Both the position numbers and the translations under genes were made by a program. Source: Marsupella aquatica (taxonomy: Eukaryota; Plantae; Marchantiophyta). Taken from it: a stretch of DNA of 64,000 bases. The stretch spans positions 1,488,860 through 1,552,859 of the forward strand of contig OZ316893.1 of NCBI GenBank assembly GCA_973895155.1, in the 5' to 3' direction. This document shows positions 12,033 to 21,478 of the stretch, piece after piece (within the stretch, counting starts at the first letter, position 1; each line of letters begins with the position of its first letter). The notes under the pieces were generated by a model. The model searched no databases. It worked only from the letters and a program-made list of their open reading frames with translations, and was not told the origin of the DNA.

Positions 12033-14620
12033 ATGGAGTCATTGTTGTCTCCAGAGAGTATTTCTTCGAGAGGATCATTTCAGTCGAGGGAGTCAACAAG
12101 GAGAGAAACTAGGTCCATAGCGAACAAGAAAGCACTTGCAGCAGGATTGAAGACTCCAAGGCGGCCCAAGATGGTGACGACGGTAGATGTAGTTGCTCTA
12201 GTGTTTGATCCGAGCGCTTCGGAACCTTACACAGTTGTCAAAAACCGTCATCTTCACTCGTTCAGAGTGAATGAGTTTGGATTTGCATTGGCTCCCCCTC
12301 GAATTCCTCTCTGCCGGATGAGGAACATGCAGATTGTCCGGTCTCTGCAGAAGGATTCCATTGCGATAGACACATTGAAGTCCGAGTTCAAAATGTAGGG
12401 TTACATCAAAGATGCACCTCGGTTTTACGTTCAGATGACAAACGAGGAAGGAGAAAACCATATACGTACCAATGCCATCCGTGAAACTTGGGATGATATT
12501 TGGGTGACATTGCAGAACGAGGAGTTTGAGCGCAAATGTGATTCTCATGTTTCTTTCTAGATCCTCAAGGACAAAATGTTCTATGTTTTCGATGGAAACC
12601 ACCGATTGTGGAGCCAACTGGCGGAGGAGCATCCAGATGATATTAAGTACCATCCTTGAGTTGTCTGCAAGATCTTTAAGGGTGAAAAGAACTCTTTTGT
12701 TCAGATCGAGTCGGTAATGCATGCATTGAACACGTGCAACTTCTCAGGATAAGATAGTTCTGAAATTCCTTTTTTACCATGTCACTTTCAGCTAGCGATC
12801 TCGCTAACATGAGGAATGTTGTGGTAGGTTAACTCAATGTCATGTAGAGAATTCCTGGGTTTTGGAGGCTGAACGCGTCTAGAAGATTATGAACAATGAC
12901 TTGTCCATTTACAAGGATATCATCGACGTTGAGAATTACAAACTTTTCCAGTAGAAGATGGCCAACGTGCGGAAGGCGGCATGGTATTCAAAGAACATGA
13001 CGCTGGATGCCTGCACTTATATTCTATCCGCTGCTAACATTGCATCGCAGTCCGAGGACCTGGAGAAGAAATTTTCTCTTAAGGAAGCTCAAGGCGAGCC
13101 CCTCTCTAAGGCTGCATAGGACTTAGCAATGCATGAAATGATGAAAGAACAACTCGCTGATGTGAAAGTTCCAAAGATCGGTCCATTACTAAATCCAGAG
13201 TTTGGAGACTTTTTCAAGAAATGTGTCGAAATGCATAACTACTTCGAGAATGAGAGAAAGGAGGCCCAGAGAATAGATGACAAAGGAAGGGGAAATTTTC
13301 TTGTGGTCTTGATCGAGCTTGATTGTTCACTGGTGTGACCTCCTTATCCCCAGAGCTCCGATGTACACTCTTGGAGGCACAATGTCGTCCTGAGCTTCGG
13401 GAGAAATTCTTTCATCCAGGTCAATTCTCAGATAGTGAGACTAAGCTTTGGCTTCATCGTTGGGCAGTGTGGGAGAAAGTCGAGTCAATTGCGTCTTCCC
13501 TCATGTCTGAAATTGTTTCTGAGGTAATGCCTACTGTCCGTGAGTCGAGTCGCTAATCCTTGACATTGAGGAGGATTTTGAGGATTTCCAAACTCGTGTG
13601 AAAACTCGTTTCTTCAAGCACATTTGGCCACCCAAGACAGGAGAGAAGGTAGACATTGCATTATTTCGGAGGAGAGCGAAGAGATACACCGATCGATTTT
13701 TTGTAGACAGAGACGTAGCAGACAAATTCTACTGGTGGTCCTAGCTACCCAGCCTGCTTCTCCCCATGGATAGCCGGAGTAAAAGAGGACCCTACAAGTG
13801 ATAAGTTTGGGGAATATTGTATGTTTCCTTGTGAGGGAAGTGAAGCTCCAAGGAGATTGAGCGAGTGGGAGGTTCTTCACTGTCCATGGTATTTGGACTC
13901 GGACAAATGGTCTGTGACATTTGACACTGTAGAGAAAGCAGCTCTTCACATGATCAATCGAGGATTCCTTCTGGAATCTTACATCTCCGAGTCCAAATTG
14001 GCACCCACTAACGCTGAAGTTGGTGGTTGTGAGGCTTGTCTAAGTGGTGTAGCTGCCATAGTGGATAGGAGTCAAGCACGGAAGCCAAGAAAAGGAGCAT
14101 TGAAGGACACATCTAAAGATGGGTCCCAGATATCAGGGAAGCCAAGTAAGTCTGTCAATTTTATGTTACTTTTTATTTTGAAGTTCGGATGTGTGTCAAA
14201 TATACAGACACTAATGTCTTTTGCTTCACAGAGAGGAGGAAGGGAGCGGCTTCTGAGAGTTTGAAGAGTGGAGCAGATGATGGTGAGGAACCTCAGTCCC
14301 CAGATGTCAAAGTCACAACAAAGAGCGCAATGGATTTACGAAGTATAAAGCGTTTGAAATGGAAGTGGAATATCCAGATTCTTTCAGATTCGGACAATGA
14401 GGAAATTTCAGTTGCTCAAGGTGTTGCTCGGATGTGTGGTTTGAAGATGGATGGGCAGCGATATTTCCTCGCTCATAGCAATTTGACCGATACTGCAAAC
14501 TCAATTAGCGTAAGTAAAGTGAGGCCATCTTGGATGGGAGATGGAGATCGATGGATTACTGGGATGTCGAAGAGCATAGAGTGCCCGAACGCTGTCGTAA
14601 TTAATGGAACTGAGATTTAC
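12033..14620 (+). pseudogene. MULE accessory gene with a ParB/Sulfiredoxin-like N-terminal domain, divergent from the transposase
   Basis: Frame from 12033 read through TAG 12396, TAG 12558 and TGA 12657 gives IPLCRMRNMQIVRSL..IDTLKSEFKM*GY..KMFYVFDGNHRLW. DGNHR at 12591-12605 matches the ParB-like (I/V)DG(N/H)HR signature. Further disrupted exons continue to ~14620. Confidence 0.65.
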
Positions 14621-14942
14621 TATTTTGCCACCATTTTTTTGCAAAATTACTACCTTGCCATGGTTTTTAGATTATTTACTAGAATGCCACCTTTTTGCAG
14701 CAGTGGTTAAGTTAACCACCTATGGTTAACTCATACTCATCCGACGACCAAAATCATGCCACATGTCTGCATCCAATGGCGGGGATTTCCCTCAAAAATC
14801 CCTACCCACCTTGTTCTGCCCCAGCTGAAGGGGTTTGTTGCCTAGTATGAGCTCACCCCTGCCCGCCCTCTCCCACTATCGAAAACCTCTCCCTGATATT
14901 CTTGGTTCGTTCCTATCAATCCCGTCGCCTCCTAATCCTTGC

Positions 14943-15604
14943 TTTTAGGGTAGGAACAAAACACAAACATTGCACTCACGTATTTCCCAAAGAAAATGCG
15001 ATTTGAATACAGGACTTGCAATTTCGCCAAAGGAAATGGGAGTTGACAGTGACAGTAGACCTTCCACTTCCGTGTCATATATCTTTGCATCGGGTAGGCT
15101 CTTTTCTTTGCTGCATATGCAGTGTGATATTTGATGAGTATAGACGATAATCGCAACGGTAAGCACATGACATATCCAACATGCAAGTAGTCGACACAAG
15201 AGATACGTGGTTCACCTCCTTGAGGCTACGTCCACGGGAACACACAAGAGAGCTTTCCTGAACTCTAAGCCCGTCGACTATACCGAGTCTCCACAGTGTA
15301 AGCTCTCTCTATCTCTCAAGTGACTCCATAACAATGAGCCTTGGTTCTTCATCTCCAAGCACACGTGCCTCTTATGATATAGTGTGCAACTTAGTTAACC
15401 TACCACATTGTTGTATCTAATCACGTAGTTGTACCTAACCACATTGTTGTACCTAATCACGTAGTTGTACCTAACCACATTGTTGTACCTAATCACGTAG
15501 TTGTACCTAACCACATTGTTGTACCTAACCATGTTGTTGTACCAACCCACGTTGTTGTACCAACCACGTCATACCTAACCTAGACGTAAGAGTAAATACC
15601 CAAC
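14943..15604 (-). repeat. Inverted, apparently full-length Copia LTR containing an 18/36-bp GTAC-rich minisatellite
   Basis: 15273-15604 is the reverse complement of 17811-18108 with one extra 36-bp unit. The left boundary is approximate. Confidence 0.8.
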
Positions 15605-15687
15605 TAGGCTCGTGGGCTACGTGGCAGTGATAACCTTTGAGTTTTTTGAGAAGTTAAGAAAAACGTCATTTTTTCTTGATTTCTCAC

Positions 15688-16070
15688 ATGAGTGACTTGG
15701 AGGAGGGTTCTATTGAGTCACCGGAGAGAAGAGAGGAGGAAGCAGAAGATCTAGTGGAATTGTGGTCACCGGTATTGCGGCGAGTGACAAGAAAAAGGAT
15801 GGGGACAATCAAGCTTGGAGGTCCCAAGTTTGAGGTTACAAAATACGATGGCCGCACGGACTACTTGTTGTGGGAGCGACAAGTGAAGGGGGTAGTCCGT
15901 GCGACCGGGTTTGGGAAATTGCTGAAGGACCAGCCAAATGAGGTCGACAATGATGATTGACAGGACATGCAGGAGCAGGCTGTGAGCACCATGATGCTCT
16001 ATCTTTAGCCTAATGTCATCAAGCAATTGGCAGACCATGTCAATTGTGCATCATTGTTTGCCGCGTTGGA
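15688..16070 (+). pseudogene. Copia gag N-terminal fragment
   Basis: KFEVTKYDGRTDYLLWERQVKGVV is a typical Copia gag start; in-frame stops; truncated at telomeric repeats. Confidence 0.8.
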
Positions 16071-16095
16071 TTTAGGGTTTAGGGTTTAGGGTTTA
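16071..16095 (+). repeat. Telomeric filler (TTTAGGG)3TTTA at the gag/RT deletion junction
   Basis: Three perfect TTTAGGG units plus TTTA lie directly between gag and MQTEMQSL of RT. Confidence 0.9.
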
Positions 16096-17620
16096 ATGCA
16101 AACGGAGATGCAGTCACTAAAGGACAACAAAACTTGGGAGCTTGTTAAGCTGCCTAAGGGTCAGCAAGTGGTGGACAGCAAGTGGATTTACAAGCTGAAG
16201 GATAATTCCACAGGAGGTGGATCGAAGGTCTACAAGGCTAGGTTGGTAGCAAAGGGATTCACACAAGAGAAAGGTGTGGATTACAATGAGGTCTTCTCAC
16301 CAATTGCTAAATACTCTACAATACGGCTATTGTGTACTTGTTGTAATGTTTGGTCTGCTGCTAGATCAGATGGATGTTGTCACAGCTTTCCTCTATGGCA
16401 CCTTGGAAGATGTGATCTTCATGAGACAACCGCTAGGTTTTGTGAAGAGAGGACAGGAGGAATTGGTTTGCAGATTGCTGAAATCCTTGTATGAGTTGAA
16501 GCAGTCACCAAGACAGTGGAACAAGCGGTTTGACGATTGGATTCGGTCACAAGGTTTTCACAGAAGTGTATTTGATCCTTGTGTGTATTTGAAACCCGTG
16601 AAGAATGTTGTCTTTGGGTTCATTGTATTAGTACTTTATGTGGATGACATGCTTATTGCGGCCAAGGATAGGTCTGAGATTGTTAAGCTTAAGGCACTGC
16701 TCAGTGCAGAGTTTAAGATGAAGGACATGGGGCCAACTAAGAGGATTTTGGGTATGGAGATCACTAGGGACTTGGAGGCTGGTAAGCTATGGTTGACACA
16801 GAGCAGTTATGCGAGGAAGGTAATTGCTAGGTTCAACATGGGAGATAGCAAGCCAGTAAGTACCCCTTTGGCTCCACACTTCAAATTGTCATCAGCTTTC
16901 TGTCCCACAGATGCGATAGAGAAGGGGCTGATGTCAAAGGTTCCTTATGATAAGGCAGTGGGAAGTCTCATGTATTTGATGACTTGCACTAGACCTGATC
17001 TTGCCATGGCTATGGGCAAGGTGAGTAGGTACATGTCAAATCGAGGGAAGGTACATTGGGAAGCAGTGAAGTGGATTATCAGGTACTTGAAGGGTACCGT
17101 GGATCATGGTCTTTTATTTGATGCGAATGCAAAGAATGCTAGATCATTGATTGGCTATGTAGATTCTGACTATGGACAAGATTTGGACCGAAGGAGATCA
17201 ACAACAGGATACGTGTTCACACTTGGCGGTGGATGCATAAGTTGGAGGTCTACTTTGCAGAAGTGTATTGCTCAGTCTACTACAAAAGTGGAGTATGTTG
17301 CAACTGCGGAAGCAGCAAAGGAAGCGATTTGGTTGGATAGACTTATCACTGAAATGGGATTGCCACAGGGGAATGTGAAGCTCCATTGTGATAGTCAAAG
17401 TGCGCTCCACCTTGCTGTGAACCAGGTGATGGACAGCAGAGTGAAGCACATTGACGTCAGGTACCATTTTATCAGGCAGACTGTGTCTGATAATTTGTTT
17501 GAGCTAGTCAAGATTGATGGTAAACTCAACCCGGCTGACGCATTTACCAAAGTGATTCATTTGGAGAGTTTCTCTAGACACCGTGACGTATTGCAGGTTT
17601 TGCAATTGCATCACAAGTAA
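16096..17620 (+). pseudogene. Copia reverse transcriptase-RNase H (one frameshift near 16335)
   Basis: [51 protein letters not shown] and KHIDVRYHF motifs. Confidence 0.92.
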
Positions 17621-17810
17621 AGTTTTCTTAACATTCATTGTAATTACTGATATATGCTCTTACTCATTCCTATGTATTAGGCTACGGCTTAGTTCTGGTT
17701 TGCTCTAGTTAGAGAGGAAAACCGATTTGGTTTTTGTCCAGAACTTCCTGCTGAGGGATCATATACATTGGTAGTATTACTCTCCCCTAAACCAGAGTCA
17801 AGGGGAAGAT

Positions 17811-18108
17811 TGTTGGGTATTTACTCTTATGTCTAGGTTAGGTATGACGTGGTTGGTACAACATCGTGGGTTGGTACAACAACATAATTAGGTACAACAA
17901 TGTGGTTAGGTACAATTACGTGATTAGGTACAACAATGTGGTTAGGTACAACTACGTGATTAGATACAACAATGTGGTTAGGTTAACTAAGTTGCACACT
18001 ATATCATAAGAGACACGTGTGCTTGGAGATGAAGAACCAAGGCTCATTGTTATGGAGTCACTTGAGAGATAAGGAGAGCTTACACTGTGGAGACTCGGTA
18101 TAGCCGAC
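17811..18108 (+). repeat. Truncated 3' LTR of the Copia element
   Basis: Starts TG after the PPT; homology to the inverted LTR stops at 18108. Confidence 0.85.
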
Positions 18109-19294
18109 CACACTTCCAATGTAAAGAGGTTCCATATTATGATGGAAGTTTCTAGTTTTGGTATTCTTTTTTAGAAGAGTAAAATGTGTGTGCCTCTAAG
18201 TATGGAATACATATGACAATCATGAATGATTTTTCATTGTGATATTCTTTTCATTATTGTAAGAGGTGGAAAATTGAGATTTTTTTGGCATTGTTTTCAT
18301 GGAATGTGCGAGAAATTCATCCGCCAAAAATGTCTCGCTAACAATGTTGCCTCACTAGCAAAATCTCCTGTTTACTGGCACCGTACAATTCCTCTGCACA
18401 ATTCCTCTGCGTAGTTCATCTAAACTTGAGCTTTTCGTTTTATGGGTGGGAGCTTGTTTCTAGAACGCATTTAATCCAATCAACCATGCTGATCTATTAC
18501 AGTCTATCCTTCAATCAAGGCTTAGTGATCCTTCCTTGTTTCCAACTTTCTTCAGCCTGCTCGCTGACTTCTCAATGGTACAGCTCCGTGATTGACAATA
18601 TAGCTGCTCGAGCTGAGGGCAGATGCCGCATACTGTAGATCAGGGAGGCAGCTTCATTTCTCAACGTGACGTGTGCACTTTGCTGTTCCTGTGAGAACTG
18701 TAGATTGGGTTGAGGCCTGTACTCTCGAAGTAATCATATCTCGTTATTCTGTGGCAAACGCATATACTTGCAAGCTTCATATGAGAGGGTTGAAAAGAAC
18801 TGGCCTACATTCCAAGCAGGTCACTGTGTGGCCATTTATTTCCACCAAATTGGCAAATCTCCACTGGTAGGCATACAAATATAGTGTCTCGTTCATTTCG
18901 CAGGTACCTCAAAAGTGTTTTTCCCTTGTACAGATTAAAGTAATCGATTTCTAGATTGTGACTTTCGTAAGGGTGTGCCGTAAGTTGCTGTGAAGGTCCT
19001 GCTAAGGTACATGTCTGCAATGGGTTTAAACGTTTAAACCACCCGAGGATGTGCTCCCTTTTCTTTCGTCATCCAAAACTTGAATTGCTTCGACCCATAC
19101 AGTTCTAGATGCAGCTGTATACGGAGGGCATCGATATATCGCTTACTCCCGTGAAACAAATTCATTGCCATCTTCTCCAAATGGATGTTCTCAGGTTCAC
19201 CCTACACACAGCTTCCATCGCCGGTATCGGACGTTTTTCCACGCGTGCAGCATTGAATCTCTGACCCGTAAACTGTATCCTCTTCAGCTGTTGC

Positions 19295-21256
19295 TCAATT
19301 TCCAAGACTCAGAAGAATCCCTTGCTCGATCGATGAACAAGTTTGAATGTATGATACCGCGTCCAAGACATGTAAACCGTTGACAGACGGGTCGTACGGG
19401 CACGAGAGGAGTGCGTGGGCTCCATCAAGTTGGTAGCACAGGTCCACCGATGGCGAGCGGACGCAAGACCCTTCTTCTTGATCATTGAATTCAATTAGCC
19501 ATGGAGTCAGAGCTCCGTAAACCTGGGCTGCTCCACCGAATGTGGAGAACGGAGTGGCGAGGATTGCATCCGAGAGACTCAAGGAGATGATCTCCACCAA
19601 TGCTTGCAAATCGACCTCCCAACCGTACTTCTGCTCATTGTCGTGAGTGATTTGAACCAGGCCTACACTCTCTCCCGACACGGTTGAATGCCGCAGATAA
19701 ATCTCGTTCAACTGGTCGAACAGGTCTGTATAAAGAGAAGTGATCATGACCTTCACTATTGGATACGGCGGAGAAGAAGATCTGTTGACAAGTCCTCTGG
19801 CGGAACTGTACTCCGTCACGTTGGGGAGAATGGCATTGTCCTGCAAACACTTGGTGATATGCGCATTCACAAAAGGAGCGTACTTGTCATGTTGATCATT
19901 CCCACCACGATACCTCGCCTGGATGCTCACCCGTCGGTCTGCGTTCTCCAAATACAATGCGTAGATCCTCTGAACACGGTCCCAGGCCTCGTCTACGGGA
20001 AGGAATGCAGATCTGACCACATAAGTGAGCGTCAATCCAGGCTTGGGGAACAGGGCTTCCAATGTGGGGCGGAGGGACGGAATGGTGTAGAGCCTGGGGA
20101 GGAAATAGAGGCATCCAGCAGCCGAAAGCCACTGCACTTTGGACAAGAAATTCTGCTCCGTGTCACAGTAGAATCTGTTCACAGGGTGCCACCCATCATC
20201 CGCTTCAGCATGGAAGAAGCCCTGGTCTGCTGCAGCACTAGAGGCATTGCCGTTGGCTTCATCTACCCACGCCAGGAAGGTGCCAGTTGCGTTGGAATCA
20301 ATTCCTGCATTAATTCCGTTCTTTTGTGCGCGGCGATTCAAGTGCTCCAGACCCGACGCGAGCATCCACGAAGAGCCCTCGAAAGGCTCGCACATGATGG
20401 ACGGAACATTGCTCCGGGGGAACAGCACGACTCTCTTTGTGACCACTGCGTATAAGAGCACCGAAGCCGCATATGTGATCTTGTTGCCAAGACCGAAGAG
20501 TGACTCGCCGGTCATGAATTTACATCCTGGGATGATCTTCTTCTCGTTGAAGACGTCCACAATGTTGTTGTGGACCTTCCTCATGCAAGTTCGGTGAAGA
20601 TGTGAGTACTCTTCGAAGACTGCTGTCCATTGGGGATTTGGAGGCGCATCCGCTTCGACCTTCCTGCTAGCGTAGAGAGGAGGGAGCTCCGCTCGAGCTC
20701 GGCAAGGATTCTCCGTGGCCCATGTTTCTTTCTCGTCCAGTGTGTACGAGCGGTGACTGTCATCGCTCTCGGCGAGATTGCGAGCTTCCTTGAGTTCAGC
20801 TAGAAGTTTCAGAACAGGAGGTGAGAAAATTGGCGGAGCATGGTTGCTAGAGAGAGACCATGGAAGGTCTGGGGAAGAAGCAGTCTTCCTGTCATTCGAG
20901 GTTTGGGAAGGGCAGTTTACTTCTGCATGTTCGAGGACGAGGCTTGATCGAAGAAAGGATGGGAGACCTGATATGAGGAGAAATATGACAGCGGTGAGTA
21001 TTGATAGAATTATTGTCCATCCGGTGGTACTACTGACTAGGGCTTTCTTCGAACTTGATGATAGCCACTTCTCAGGGTGCTTAATAGTCGAATTCTTCCA
21101 AACTCGGAATTGGGAAACTACACCACTGTCATGAAGGAATGCACGTCGTGCATCTTCAACATCATCTGCCTTGGAACGTAACTCCGTGCCGTCTTGGAGG
21201 GAAGATGCATTATGTCCATTGCTATAGCCCATTGACGGCGCCATTGATGGACTCAT
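19295..21256 (-). CDS. GT37 (xyloglucan galactoside 2-alpha-L-fucosyltransferase family) protein, copy A, 653 aa, intronless CDS
   Basis: Type-II TM segment; GLGNKI, CEPFEGSSW, SIQAR, VMITSLY, ALVEIISLSLSD and STFGGAAQ match FUT1-family motifs. Confidence 0.9.
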   Translation of the reverse strand: MSPSMAPSMGYSNGHNASSLQDGTELRSKADDVEDARRAFLHDSGVVSQFRVWKNSTIKHPEKWLSSSSKKALVSSTTGWTIILSILTAVIFLLISGLPSFLRSSLVLEHAEVNCPSQTSNDRKTASSPDLPWSLSSNHAPPIFSPPVLKLLAELKEARNLAESDDSHRSYTLDEKETWATENPCRARAELPPLYASRKVEADAPPNPQWTAVFEEYSHLHRTCMRKVHNNIVDVFNEKKIIPGCKFMTGESLFGLGNKITYAASVLLYAVVTKRVVLFPRSNVPSIMCEPFEGSSWMLASGLEHLNRRAQKNGINAGIDSNATGTFLAWVDEANGNASSAAADQGFFHAEADDGWHPVNRFYCDTEQNFLSKVQWLSAAGCLYFLPRLYTIPSLRPTLEALFPKPGLTLTYVVRSAFLPVDEAWDRVQRIYALYLENADRRVSIQARYRGGNDQHDKYAPFVNAHITKCLQDNAILPNVTEYSSARGLVNRSSSPPYPIVKVMITSLYTDLFDQLNEIYLRHSTVSGESVGLVQITHDNEQKYGWEVDLQALVEIISLSLSDAILATPFSTFGGAAQVYGALTPWLIEFNDQEEGSCVRSPSVDLCYQLDGAHALLSCPYDPSVNGLHVLDAVSYIQTCSSIEQGILLSLGN

Positions 21257-21272
21257 CGCCGCCCTGGCCTGT

Positions 21273-21478
21273 AATTCGATGAGGACCTAACATTCAATCA
21301 ATGTATGAACCTCAGCGCCAGACTCATACGGGGACTCATACAATGAATATACGTTATTGCGTGCAGACACCAGTATGTGTGGAATTCGATGAGGACCTAA
21401 CATTCAATTAGTGTATGAACCTCAACGCGAGGCTCATACATTGAATATACGTTATTGCGTGCAGACACCAGTATGTGG
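21273..21478. repeat. ~100-bp direct tandem duplication immediately upstream of the FUT copy A start
   Basis: AATTCGATGAGGACCTAACATTC... occurs at 21273 and 21383; copy B has a single copy (29231). Confidence 0.85.

Larger units (their letters stand above)
14943..18108 (+). mobile_element. Rearranged Ty1/Copia LTR retrotransposon nested in the MULE
   Basis: Gag fragment, RT (YVDD) and RNase H, PPT AAGGGGAAGAT (17800-17810), then an LTR starting TGTTGGG at 17811. The second LTR copy is inverted at 14943-15604. No TSD or PBS found. Confidence 0.85.
5257..18407. mobile_element. Mutator-like (MULE) DNA transposon, ~13.1 kb, decayed, three genes, nested Copia
   Basis: 9-bp TSD TGCGTAGTT at 5248-5256 and 18408-18416. 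Imperfect ~30-bp TIRs: left GGGTCATTGTAAGGTGCGAGGAAACAG, right CTGTTTACTGGCACCGTACAATTCCTC. The empty site is visible in copy B at ~26395-26420. A MULE DDE + SWIM transposase lies inside. Confidence 0.9.

Noticed and set aside
14943-18108. DIRS-like element, suggested by the inverted terminal repeats
   Set aside because: RT/RNase H, gag and PPT are Copia-type; no tyrosine recombinase.
19688-20455. 255-aa plus-strand ORF (and its twin at 27646-28413)
   Set aside because: Antisense shadow of the FUT CDS; conserved only because the locus is duplicated.
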